From the NCBI GenBank assembly GCA_965235115.1, contig OZ249453.1:13888001-13952000 (forward strand): DNA of 64,000 bases, in the 5' to 3' direction. The first letter of the stretch is position 1; every line of letters begins with the position of its first letter. This document shows, in pieces, positions 12,288 to 24,700 of this stretch. Both the position numbers and the translations under genes were made by a program. The notes beneath the pieces are model-generated. The model saw only the letters and a list, made by a program, of their open reading frames with translations. It was not told the origin of the DNA and searched no databases. The DNA is from Laetmonice hystrix (taxonomy: Eukaryota).

Positions 12288-14091
12288 TGTCAGATCGAAA
12301 AGTGACCCCCATGGAAAAGTGACCCATGGGTCACTTTTCTATTATAGAAATGTGACCCACACTATGGAAAAGTGACCACCCCCCAGATTTAGTTGTTCCT
12401 CCGTGATTATGTTATTGATAGAGACAATAGTATAGACCCCAGGGCCGTACCTAATGGGGGCAGGGGGCAGTTGCCCCCGCCCCTCCAGTAATTTTGGAAA
12501 AAAATTCCTTTTTGACAATCAGGTGGCTTTTAGCACACAGTAGGCCTACAGGTATTTGTATGGGGGTGGGCTTAGTGGGGTGCTTGTACCTGCTAATCCC
12601 CCTTCTTTCCATAGACTATTAAGGGTCATAATTCTACGGTATAAACAGTGATCCCCACCGTAAAAACAAGTCCTAATTATATTAGACAGGAATCCGACTT
12701 CTATAGAATGGAAATGTGACTCCCTGTCTGTCAAACCTAACATACATGTAATTTCATATGGGTCTGAATTCTATGGCATGAAAAAAGTGATCCCCACCCT
12801 AAAAACAAGCCAGGTATTGGACAAAATCAGAATTCTATAGAATGGAAACGGGACCCCTGTCTGTCTATATAATGTGTAATCATAGATGTGTAGGCTCCTA
12901 CACATCTATGGTGTAATTTCATATGGGTCCGAATTCTATGGCATGGAAAGGTGACCCCACCCTAGAAACAAGCCATTTATTCGACAGAAATCGAATTCTA
13001 TACAATGGAAATGTGACCCCCTGCCTGTCTACATAATATGCAATTTCATATGGGTCCGAATTATATGGCATGGAAAAGTGACCCCCACCCTAAAAACTGG
13101 CCATGTATTCGACCGAAATCAGAATTCTACAGTAATGGAAACGGGGCCCCTGTCTGTCTACATAATATGTAATTTCATATGGGTCCGAATTCTATGGCAT
13201 GGAAAGGTGGCCCCACCCTAAAAACAAGCCCTGTATTCGACAGAAATCAGAATCTGTCTACATAATATGCAATTTCATATGGGTCCGAATTCTATGGCAT
13301 GGAAAAGTGACCCCCACCCGAAAAACTGGCCATGTATTCGACAGAAATCAGAATTCTAAAGAATGGAAACTGGACCCCTGTCTGTCTACATAATATGTAA
13401 TTTCTTATGGGTCCGAATTCTATGGCATGGAAAAGTGACCCCCACCCTAAAAACTGGCCATTGTATTCGACAGAAATCAGAATTCTACGGAATGGAAACG
13501 GGACCCCTGTCTGTCTACATAATATGTAATTTCATATGGGTCCGAATTCTATGGCATAGAAAGGTGCCCCCACCCTAAAAACAAGCCCTGTATTCGACAG
13601 AAATCAGAACTTTATAAAATGGAAATGTGACCCCCTGCCTGTCTACATAATATGTAATTTCATATGGGTCCGAATTCTATGGTATGGAAAAGTGACCCCA
13701 CCCTAGAAACAAGCCATGTATTTGACAGAAATCATGTAAATTTTCAATGGGTCCGAATTCTATGGCATGGAAAAGTGACCCCCACTCTAAAAACAAGCCA
13801 AGTATTAGACAAAATCATAATTCTATAGAATAGAAATGTGCCCCCCTGCCTGTCTACATAATATGCAATTTCATATGGGTCCGAATTCTGTGGCATGAAA
13901 AAGTGACCTCACCCTAAAAACTGGCCATGTATTCGACAGAAATCAGAATTTTATACTGGGATTAGGACTGGGTCATTATTCCATAAGGGGGGTCAGTTTT
14001 CCATAATGGAAAAGTGACCCATGGGTCACTATTCTATATAGAAAACTGACCCCCGGGTCACGTTTCCATAGGGTCACATTTCGATATGACA
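12288..14091. mobile_element. Non-autonomous DNA transposon with TGT…ACA termini and 4-bp CCGG TSD (Ginger1-like), 1804 bp
   Basis: Left end TGTCAGATCGAAAAGTGACCC, right end GGGTCACATTTCGATATGACA; imperfect TIR ~70 bp; CCGG at 12284-12287 and 14092-14095; no transposase ORF. Class assignment rests on the known Ginger1 terminal and TSD signature. Confidence 0.72.
12700..13950. repeat. ~128-bp imperfect tandem repeat inside the Ginger-like element, ~10 copies
   Basis: CATATGGG anchor (one variant CTTATGG) at 12920, 13047, 13176, 13276, 13404, 13533 and 13661; units carry the GAAAAGTGACCC motif also present in the TIRs. Confidence 0.85.
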
Positions 14092-14698
14092 CCGGCCGTC
14101 CCCCAGTCCCCACCCTCGTCCCGGGACCGACCGGTGCGGCTGTCGGACAGGATGAGACACAGACAAGCATTGATTGCTGACATAACCGCTGGTCGCGTGA
14201 ACTTCTCGTTTGAATGATTGCCAACACCCGAGTCGTTCAGGGATATAAAACGACAAAGTGAATAAGTGAAGACTGATCGATTATAAATGGCGCTGATAAT
14301 GCAATAGGATTCTTCGTCTGATATTGGGAGTTAAAAGGGGGAATTGATTTCTGCCCCCCCCCCCCACCCCCCTGTGATGTGGGTATTGAGTCGGAATATT
14401 TCTCGTTCTGTCTTTGATGCGAGTATCAAAATGAGGTTCAAGTAGCCAATCTCAATACGAGTCATATCCCCATTCAGTATCTTCTAAAGGAAGGACTAAT
14501 GACTTAGTCCTCTAGAAGATATAGTCCTGTTTCACAGCGAATGAAGATATGTGCGATATGTCGCAGTCGCTGGGAGTCAGGAGGTTCACTGCTGCTGCTG
14601 CCCAGCTACATCACCATAACTGAAAATCGGAAAATATTTGTCCACGAGGATGGCGCTCACACCGTGCGCGCTATTCTCCATTTTCTGATGTAATCCGG

Positions 14699-15797
14699 GC
14701 ACAGGTGTTAACCCTCAGGACTAGCACAGGTGTCAACACTCAGGACTAGCACAGGTGTCAACCCTCAGGACTAGCACAGGTGTCAACCCTCAGGACTAGC
14801 ACAGGTGTCAACCCTCAGGACTAGCACAGGTGTCAACCCTCAGGACTAGCACAGGTGTCAACCCCCAGGACTAGCACAGGTGTCAACCCCCAGGACTAGC
14901 ACAGGTGTCAACCCTCAGGACTAGCACAGGTGTCAACCCCCAGGACTAGCACAGGTGTCAACCCTCAGGACTAGCACAGGTGTCAACCCTCAGGACTAGC
15001 ACAGGTGTCAACCCTCAGGACTAGCACAGGTGTCAACCCTCAGGACTAGCACAGGTGTCAACCCTCAGGACTAGCACAGGTGTCAACCCTCAGGTCTAGC
15101 ACAGGTGTCAACCCTCAGGTCTAGCACAGGTGTCAACCCTCAGGTCTAGCACAGGTGTCAACCCTCAGGTCTAGCACAGGTGTCAACCCTCAGGACTAGC
15201 ACAGGTGTCAACCCTCAGGACTAGCACAGGTGTCAACCCTCAGGACTAGCACAGGTGTCAACCCTCAGGACTAGCACAGGTGTCAACCCTCAGGACTAGC
15301 ACAGGTGTCAACCCTCAGGACTAGCACAGGTGTCAACCCTCAGGACTAGCACAGGTGTCAACCCTCAGAACTAGCACAGGTGTCAACCCCCAGGACTAGC
15401 ACAGGTGTCAACCCTCAGGACTAGCACAGGTGTCAACCCTCAGGACTAGCACAGGTGTCAACCCTCAGGACTAGCACAGGTGTCAACCCCCAGGACTAGC
15501 ACTGGTGTCAACCCTCAGGACTAACACAGGTGTCAACCCTCAGGACTAGCACAGGTGTCAACCCACAGAACTAGCACAGGTGTCAACCCTCAGGTCTAGC
15601 ACAGGTGTCAACCCTCAGGACTAGCACAGGTGTCAACCCTCAGGACTAGCACAGGTGTCAACCCTCAGGACTAGCACAGGTGTCAACCCTCAGGACTAGC
15701 ACAGGTGTCAACCCTCAGAACTAGCACAGGTGTCAACCCTCAGGACTAGCACAGGTGTCAACCCTCAGGACTAGCACAGGTGTCAACCCTCAGGACT
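14699..15797. repeat. 25-bp minisatellite (GCACAGGTGTCAACCCTCAGGACTA)n, ~44 copies
   Basis: Period 25 read directly; very homogeneous. Confidence 0.97.
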
Positions 15798-16702
15798 GAT
15801 TGATGGATGTTGGTGAATCTTGGCAGAAAGAGAACATATGGAATTTAAAAAAAGAAGATTAGGCAAATTTCTGTTTTATTTCAGATACTAGATCTACTAT
15901 AGATTGTGAAAGGGAGGATTCTGGAGCCAGGAGATCGATTCAATAAATGTTATTAGGATCAAGGAGAACTTGATCGAGATATGGATATTAGTGGTCTGGA
16001 GGCCATGTTTAGACGGCCGGGTTGAACAATACCGTGCAACTGCTGAACTACTAGAAGAATATGGTTCCTTGACCTTCTGTTCAACCCGTATTTCCCTTGT
16101 AGCCAGTTCAATACTAGCCACTCAATAACCCACTTTAAAGATCAATCCAAAAAGGTTCAGAGACCAGAAGCTCGTGTTACCTCCTCATGTTATTGTTAGA
16201 AAATCAATTTCTGGCCAATTTCCATTCCAGAAGAACAGATATTATTACACAGCCGTAATAAAGTGTTCTTGGAAGAAATCAATCTGTCGCGGGGACGGAG
16301 CAGTGGAGTAGACGCTAGGTTTGACGTTCTGACATTCTGACGTCACAATGGGTGTCAATAACGGCAACGTTTTGTTTGTCAAGAACTACATTGATTATAT
16401 TATCTCCATGAAATGTCACGAGTTCAAGGCAGACTGAAGGCAACAGTCGTAAAACTAATCTGAGTAACAATATGAGAGACTTGCAATGACAGTGAGCCGA
16501 CACATTTTAAAAAACCCTAAAGGGCATTACTGAGAAATGTCCGCAATAATGGCATCACATGAGGTAGTATTAACAACGAGAAAGAGTGGCATTCCAAGGG
16601 ACCATTGTTTACCTTCATGTCTACCAAACGCCCCAGACAAACTTCTCATCTCAATATAATTATGTATGTCAGCATAAACTGGGTAAATATTGTCTAAATT
16701 GA

Positions 16703-16772
16703 CCGGAAATAGAAACCGGGAAGTGATGCTGCGAGGAAACTACAGACTGAAGCTGTCCGCCGCCGTGTGAGT
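16703..16772 (+). promoter_or_regulatory. Possible promoter and non-coding first exon: tandem ETS-like sites followed by a GTGAGT donor
   Basis: CCGGAAAT (16703) and CCGGAAGTG (16716), a GC-rich segment, then GTGAGT at 16767-16772; motif evidence only. Confidence 0.2.
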
Positions 16773-16893
16773 TTGTCAGGGCCGCCGTGGACTGGTCACA
16801 TGTGCCGAGAGATCGCTCAAGTTATGATGGTGGCACACTACCAAAATTTGGTCAGGTCCAGGGAGTCTGGGCGAGCTAATAATCGGAGTGAAG

Positions 16894-17508
16894 TTACCAA
16901 CTGGAGTTATTGACTTCACTCCAGTCATCGAAATATCAATTATATATTACCAACTGCAGTGATTGACTTCACTCCAGTCATCGAAATATAAATTATATAT
17001 TACCAACTGCAGTTATTGACTTCACTCCCATCGCCGAAATATCAATTATATATTACCAACTGCAGTTATTGACTTCACTCCCATCGCCGAAATATCAATT
17101 ATATATTACCAACTGCAGTTATTGACTCCACTCCCATCGTCGAAATATCAATTATATATTACCAACTGCAGTTATTGACTTCACTCCCATCATCGAAATA
17201 TCAATTATATATTACCAACTGCAGTTATTGACTTCACTCCCATCATCGAAATATCAATTATATATTACCAACTGCAGTTATTGACTCCACTCCCATCGTC
17301 GAAATATCAATTATATATTACCAACTGCAGTTATTGACTCCACTCCCATCGTCGAAATATCAATTATATATTACCAACTGCAGTTATTGACTTCACTCCC
17401 ATCGTTGAAATATCAATTATATATTACCAACTGCAGTTTCACTTCCATCGTTGAAATATCATTTATATATACAAACTGCGACTTCACTCCCATCGCCGAA
17501 ATATCAAT
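16894..17508. repeat. 53-bp AT-rich minisatellite (TTACCAACTGCAGTTATTGACTTCACTCCCATCGTCGAAATATCAATTATATA)n, ~11 copies
   Basis: Period 53 (17001, 17054, 17107); last units degenerate. Confidence 0.95.
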
Positions 17509-18684
17509 GAAACCACCAGTGTTGATTTGTCTCACCTAATCAGGACAGACCTGCGGGTTTACTCAGATTTCATAGTGAGGTTATGCCAGAAGCACTTTCG
17601 TCTACATTAGACCATTTCCTGTGTACTGTCGGCCTGGCTGTCACAATATAGTTATAGCACTGGTCAGTGGTCTCACCCTCCTTAGCTGTCTCTGCCACAG
17701 GAATGGAAACAGGGATGCATCATGGGAAGTGTTTCTCTACGGCAGGATAGTAAAAAACAACTGATCCCCTCACAGAAACACCTCGTCAGTCATGTCAGTG
17801 TCGTACTACATAAAACAATACATCTATAGTTACTGGAATGTAAGAGGCACGTTTAAAAAATCCTCACAGAAACCTCATGCAACAATTTACAGTTCGTCGT
17901 TTTCCTTTCTCAATCAGTCAGTATTACAGGGGGTTTTTTTTCATTTTACATGTAATTTCAAGTTGCAATGAAATAATATTCCGATGATGATGGCGAGTAT
18001 ATCTCTATACGTTATTAGGCAATATCCGCATGGAACATAAACCAGGCAGTATCAACTGAGACCAATAAGAAAGGAGGTTCAGCCTGATAACCTGGTTTAT
18101 AGGAAAGTCCTTTAATAAAGGATGAAACACTGCATGGTTTTGATTCCGAGAAGGGACGGTAGAGGGCGCCTGACGATGTCTGTCTTTGATGACTTTCTCC
18201 GATGTTACTAGCTGGCCTAGCTTTTTGCTCTGTTCATTTGTGAGCCATTCAAACTGAAAGCATTAGCTCAGCCAGCTGTCAGTTGCCACTGTTGCTCCCT
18301 TTCAGTAACCACAATCCTATAAATGAATGTGAAACAACTGTACATAGCTTTATGTTCGAGAGAAGCAGCCGAGCTTCCTCTTTCAAACTATGTATTCCCT
18401 ATAGATAGTAAAATCCTAGCTTTGACGTGAGTATTACAATTCATCGAAAGCAGTTTTCTGAAAGTAGCTTCCCTTTGTGTTCACTATATTCTATCTGAAA
18501 TGTCTGTTAATGAGTGTAATCATGAGCTTCGACATCCATACATCGAAGACATCACCCAAAAAAACTAACCCCAGCTCGTCTCATGCAGTTTACCATTCAA
18601 ATGTTGTACAATTAGTCAAGTTTGTAAACCGTTTGTCGTTATGGTTATGCGTAATCTACATTTAAAGAAATCAAGTTAACAAAT

Positions 18685-18798
18685 ATTTCAGGCGTCAGCC
18701 AGCCGGGTTTGGCGTCAGGCGTCAGGGTTGGCGTCAGGCGTCGGTCAGCCGGGGTTGGCGTCAGGCGTTGGCCATGCAGCCGGAGTTGGCGTCAGGCA
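18685..18798. repeat. Short irregular GGCGTCA repeat cluster
   Basis: About seven GGCGTC(A) copies in ~110 bp. Confidence 0.7.
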
Positions 18799-19156
18799 AC
18801 GTGCCGATTAGCAGGGGAACGTCGAAGAAACCGTATCGGAGAAAAAGGGAAGCAAGCCGCCTGAGTTTCTTTTTGTGTAGTTTTTGTTGAGATGTTGAGA
18901 AGCAGCTGATTACACAGACAGGATTCTTACAGACTCAATGTGGTTCGTGTGGCGGAAACCCTGAGGCGGGAGAACTGTTCGTGCAACACCGAGACATTGG
19001 CATGAAACCTACGACATCTCAAAATGTGTGGTGTTGTCTGTGTTGATAATTAGATAATCCATGTTTATCAGACGTAGCAAAACAGATCAATCCAAAAGGC
19101 GAGGTGCATGCCTTTAGATTATTTACTGGATATAACGTGACGTCAAGAATGGTAGA

Positions 19157-20097
19157 GTGTGACGTCGTTTGGTCAGGGCGGTAATTACGTTCATATCTAT
19201 GACGTGACGTCAATTGGTCAGGACGGTAGTTACGTTCATATCTATGACGTGACGTCGCTTGGTCAGGACGGTAGTTACGTTCATATCTATGACGTGACGT
19301 CAGTTGGTCAGGACGGTAGTTACGTTCATATCTATGACGTGACGTCAATTGGTCAGGACGGTAGTTACGTTCATATCTATGACGTGACGTCAATTGGTCA
19401 GGACGGTAGTTACGTTCATATCTATGACGTGACGTCAATTGGTCAGGACGGTAGTTACGTTCATATCTATGACGTGACGTCAATTGGTCAGGACGGTAGT
19501 TACGTTCATATCTATGACGTGACGTCAGTTGGTCAGGACGGTAGTTACGTTCATATCTATGACGTGACGTCAATTGGTCAGGACGGTAGTTACGTTCATA
19601 TCTATGACGTGACGTCAGTTGGTCAGGACGGTAGTTACGTTCATATCTATGACGTGACGTCAATTGGTCAGGACGGTAGTTATGTTCATATCTATGACGT
19701 GACGTCAATTGGTCAGGACGGTAGTTACGTTCATATCTATGACACGTCAATTGGTCAGGACGGTAGTTACGTTCATATCTATGACACGTCAATTGGTCAG
19801 GACGGTAGTTACGTTCATATCTATGACGTGACGTCAATTGGTCAGGACGGTAGTTACGTTCATATCTATGACGTGACGTCAATTGGTCAGGACGGTAGTT
19901 ACGTTCATATCTATGACGTGACGTCAATTGGTCAGGACGGTAGTTACGTTCATATCTATGACGTGACGTCAATTGGTCAGGACGGTAGTTACGTTCATAT
20001 CTATGACGTGACGTCAATTGGTCAGGACGGTAGCTACGTTCATATCTATGACGTGACGTCAATTGGTCAGGACGGTATAGACCTGTACGTTCATATT
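19157..20097. repeat. 45-bp minisatellite (GTGACGTCAATTGGTCAGGACGGTAGTTACGTTCATATCTATGAC)n, ~21 copies
   Basis: Period 45; two units carry a 3-bp deletion; most units contain TGACGTCA. Confidence 0.96.
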
Positions 20098-20712
20098 TCA
20101 GAGCCGAAAAGCAGACGAGCTACAATTGATGGCATACAACCGTCGAGACCATGACCCGTCATGCCGTACTAGTTACTTTATCACACTGCTAGAAATAGAA
20201 ATAATACAATATCGCTGAAGGTCAGTTTCTAAGGACGTCCAGGCACTTAGGCACCGCGTGTTGTACGCCACAAAGTCATTGTAAGACAGTGTTATCTCGT
20301 GTCAATAGCGAGCCTCCAGCCTTCTGATCGAGAGTTATCACAGGACTCCGTTTGGGTGAACTGTCAGGATGCCGCGCCACTGGTCCATTTCCACATCCTT
20401 CGGCAATTCCCGGAAGACATCGGAGTCAGAATAATGCCTCGGACAAAGTGAGTTCCATCTAGCGGAACTTTTCTCTACTAGAGTGACCGTCCTTGCTCCC
20501 ACACACAGACGTTTCAAAGTTAAGCCGCAGAGCTTAAAATGGTTTAAGACATATAAGATCAACCAACAGAGCCAGTGATGATACGCCACTCGCCACTATT
20601 GAGTAAAATATATTATTCACGACTGAGTTAAATATATGTTATTTGTCGCAAACTACGATTGCTGACGCCTCTGGTTTATTTGAATTCCTGTCATGAATAG
20701 CATCCAGCAAGT

Positions 20713-22395
20713 CAGGGCCTGTTACAACCGATAATGTAACAACTGACCGATAATGTGATAAAGGTCAAAATTTTATAAATTATTACATTATCATTACATT
20801 ATCAACAACCTCTCCAACTAAAAATGTAATAATCGACCGATAATGTAATGAAATTCGGGAAAAATTGCTAACCGATATTGTAATACAATTTTGACGGATA
20901 ATGTCATAAAATACGCTATTATAATGTAATACCATCTTGACCGATAATGTAATAAAGTGAAGAGGCAAATCTCTACCCTGCCTTGGGGGCTGTCCATAAA
21001 TTACGTAACGCTTGGGGTGGTGGTTGGGTATGTAGGGTTCCGTTACAAAGCGTTACAGAGGGAGGGGTTGGGGTGTGTGAATAAGTGTTACATAACACCC
21101 AACTTATTAAAAATTACGTTCCTAAATTACGCCTTTTTATTATCCCATCCCCCATCCTAGGGGGATGGGATCTAGAAATGGTCTGGTTTCGGTTTCTGTA
21201 TTATATGCGTAGTAGATGTAGTAGTAGTAAACAGGGGTCGTATCTCGGTCGTTTTTCAAGATATCAAAGTCAAATTTGGTGGACATGTTGATAGTCACCA
21301 ACTCTGATCTGACAATGAGTCATGACGTTACATGAGGTAATGTATTGACGTTATGCCGTCATTAGTGTTCTGACTATTGGGACGGTTTTCAAGGTCAATA
21401 TGGAAACTTTTTAGAAACTGATGAACTGTCGGAATTGAGCAGAGACCTAATTCATTTTTTGCAAATATTTTGACCTTTGACGTGTCTGAGAGCTGGGTCA
21501 AAGGTCAGAAAATGCTTAAATGCCTACTTCTTCCTCGATTTTCATTAAAATTTTATTAAATTGCACAGGGATGGTCTCTAAAGAGAGGGTCAGTGGAATC
21601 CCCTTTGCTAGAATCGATTTGACCTATTTTCGTTAAACCACGTGACCTGAAAATTTTGAACAGTGGCCACTTTACATATCTATGGCTCTAACTCGGAAAC
21701 GGGGCCAGATAGGGCCATAGTTACTATTGAGCACGAATAGGAAGTCATGCATGCTCTTTCAATTGACGCCAAGTTTCATGACATAGCGTAACGTATGACT
21801 GTCACATATAACCGAATTTTATTAACCTCTTATCAATTTAACTCGTCCTCAGCCAAGTGGAACAGACCATGGCAGCGGTCAGTAGGTCGGGAAACCTTGG
21901 GATTCCCTGGTGGATGACGTGTAGCGTATCTTATTACACTATTGGTGAAAATTGTATTACATTATCGGTTAGAAATTCGATTACATTATCGGTCGATTAT
22001 TACATTATCGGAGTCAAAATTGTATTACATTATCGGTTAGAAATTTTATTACACTATCGGTCGATTATTACATTATCGGTTGGAGAGGGTGTTGATAATG
22101 TAATGATAATGTAATAATTTATAAAATTTTGACCTTTATCACATTATCGGTCAGTTATTACATTATAGGTTGTAACAGGGCCGGATGTAACCCCCTCTTA
22201 GAAATCTAGAAAGATTCTATCTGAACATGCTAAAGCCACATTTCCACCAGATTTCCCCAATGCACAGTGCACAGTGAGATTTTAGTTGGCAAAGGAGCAA
22301 AATATAAATGTAATATCTTGGTAATAAAGTGTTTTTTCACCTGTCAAATTGTTGCACCCCCCCCCCCCTTGAAAAAAATCCTAGATCCGGCCCTG
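20713..22395. mobile_element. MITE with CAGGGCCGGAT…ATCCGGCCCTG termini and apparent 5-bp TSD CAAGT, interrupted in its left TIR
   Basis: Removing 20720-22182 restores CAGGGCCGGATG; right end GATCCGGCCCTG at 22384-22395; CAAGT at 20708-20712 and 22396-22400. Confidence 0.65.
20720..22177. mobile_element. Non-autonomous TIR element, TGTTACA…TGTAACA termini, ~100-bp near-perfect TIRs, 5-bp TSD GGGCC (Ginger/TDD-like)
   Basis: Left TGTTACAACCGATAATGTAACAACTGACCGATAATGTGATAAAGG… matches the reverse complement of the right end with few mismatches; CCGATAATGTAAT subterminal repeats on both arms; GGGCC at 20715-20719 and 22178-22182; no ORF. Confidence 0.75.
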
Positions 22396-23207
22396 CAAGT
22401 CTGGTAAAAACCCGATGAACATTCAGCGCGTATACAGATGTGTGAACGAGACATGTGTAATTAATGACTGTATTGTAAATAGACTGTTAAAATACTTCCA
22501 GGCCAGCATAGCCTGGAGTCAAGTGGCAGTTGACCGCCTTTCATTGTTTTAACAGTAGTGACGCTGATACAAATACTGCTCGTTCAATCTTTTGGTGATT
22601 GATTCTCCCAGCTAGTAGCGGGGTGGGGTGAAAATTAGAGGAAAGAAATACTAGCAGAAGTATGATTATAAAAATATCATAGTGCCTCACCGATCCAACA
22701 ATAGACAGCAATGAGAAATATCAAGACACGTTAACACTTTCACGGTTTCTCATTTCATTATTGGCTGCAATCAAAGGGCAGAGCGCTTGCAAATCATACC
22801 AACGTTAGCATCGGTTGCCGGTAATGTACTCATTGCCTCATCAGACTCCAAGCTTGCAGTCAGATGATCACAGAGAGAGTTGTAAGATGAACAGATTAGT
22901 TTTCCATAGCTTAATCCGTGCCAAAGATATGTCTCAATTACAGGGCTATCTAATTTCATACATTGTTTGCACTTGACAGCACCACTTTAATCCAATCTGT
23001 GTTCAAAGCCCCATTCATGTACAATGTATAGCGTACTATATTGATAAACGCCTAACGTTTTTCTCATGACTTGAAAAAAAACGTAGATAAATTCCGCACT
23101 ATGTGACCTGAGGGGAAAAAGTATCATCTAATTAATATCATCGGTATATTATATCTTTCCTGCATCACTACTTCCAGAATGTCATGTTCTTCAGCTTCAA
23201 CCTATTG

Positions 23208-23719
23208 TACTATATACTTAATGTGGTGTAATCACCTATTGTACTACTTACTGTGGTGTAATCACCTATTGTACTACTTACTGTGGTGTAATCACCTATT
23301 ATACTACTTACTGTGGTGTAATCACCTATTGTACTACTTACTGTGGTGTAATCACCTATTGTACTACTTACTGTGGTGTAATCACCTATTGTACTACTTA
23401 CTGTGGTGTAATCACCTATTGTACTACTTACTGTGGTGTAATCACCTATTGTACTACTTACTGTGGTGTAATCACCTATTGTACTACTTACTGTGGTGTA
23501 ATCACCTATTGTACTACTTACTGTGGTGTAATCACCTATTGTACTACTTACTGTGGTGTAATCACCTATTATACTACTTACTGTGGTGTAATCACCTATT
23601 GTACTACTTACTGTGGTGTAACCACCTACTGTCTTACTTACTGTCGTGTAATCATCTAATGTAGTACTTACTGTGGTGTAACCACCTATAGTCATTAATT
23701 GTACTACTTACTCTGGTGT
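23208..23719. repeat. 30-bp minisatellite (CTGTGGTGTAATCACCTATTGTACTACTTA)n, ~16 copies
   Basis: Period 30; degenerate at both ends. Confidence 0.95.
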
Positions 23720-23779
23720 AACCGCCACTCCACACTTCATATTCTGCCAAGTCCTCAGCACTTAGAGAACGGCTCAAAA

Positions 23780-24700
23780 ATAATTACAGGGTCAACCTTG
23801 GATGTAATATCAATCATGCTTCCCAAAATGTAGGCTGGGGAAATTGTGCTGGGTGGTTCACCTACGTTCTAACTTCCAGGAAATGGCCCAAAATATTTCC
23901 AATGATTAACTGCCTCCATAAATATGACAAGACATGCTATAAAAGACTGCAACACAAATGGAGAAGTCCCAAGAGAGGCGGACTTGCCTGCAGTCTGAAC
24001 AGATTGCATTCATACCATTTCCCGAATGTTAGCCTTGCAATGGCGGGAAGCGGTCCTCCGGGCATTCTGGGAAGCCCCGGGGGAGCATTAATTGTGCCAA
24101 ACATACAGCGACGTTATTGAATAAGTGCGGGGTGTTGGAACTGTTGTCTGCAGGCCCTAGCACCACGTGACATCCTACTCGGAACCGTCGGTGGGGGACG
24201 ACAAATTGGATTTCGCCTCAGTGTCGCTAGGGCCCCAGGGAATGCGACATAGTCAAGTATTCCATGGGACCTTTTGTTGGCCAAGGTTTGCCGAGTCAGT
24301 GCCTGTCGTGGGGTGATTACTGGTTGATATAAGTCAGCATTTCACTTAGTCCCCAGGAGTGTAGGCACAATATGTGTCGCTCCGTGTTGCACTCAGCAGG
24401 CTGCTTCCTTTAGCACACAGTGAATCCAACTCCCAGACACACATCATCATTTTCCAGGACTATTCCTGCTGCCACCATATTATTACCCGACATCCATGTA
24501 GTGCAGTTCCTATTCACAGAAACAGTCTGCTAATTTCGGAAGTCTTGTAACTGCCACAGGTTTAGCCTAGCCATCTTGCTTTCCAGAAATACTGGAGTTT
24601 CCATTTGGATTGTGATCGCCGTTTCTAGGTAGGCCTATATTAAATTACGTGTGGGTCGCCAGTACAGTGGATTCTAGCAGTCAGAGGACCATCAGGCTTG
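23780..24700 (-). mobile_element. Degenerate non-LTR retrotransposon 3' portion (RNase H-like plus C-terminal region; I/Nimb-type)
   Basis: Frameshifted minus-strand pieces in the expected order: LHYMD/NNMVAAGIV (cf. YTDGSK…AAIV), IQFVVPH (cf. WVPSH), SRHCKAN (cf. RTGHC.LN), EAVNH and YILG; many stops; by-eye similarity only. Confidence 0.3.

Larger units (their letters stand above)
11913..14147. repeat. GC-rich imperfect ~60-70-bp tandem repeat (11913-12287 and 14092-14147), split by an inserted TIR element
   Basis: Unit CGGGACCGGCCGGTGTGGCTGT…CCACTGCCGACCGTCCCCCAGTCCCCACCCTCGTC; the same unit resumes in register at 14092. Confidence 0.85.

Noticed and set aside
23179-23695. (LLWCNHLLYY)n and (TTVSSTIGDY)n ORFs, plus similar ORFs at 35474-35942
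   Set aside because: Translations of 30-bp minisatellites.
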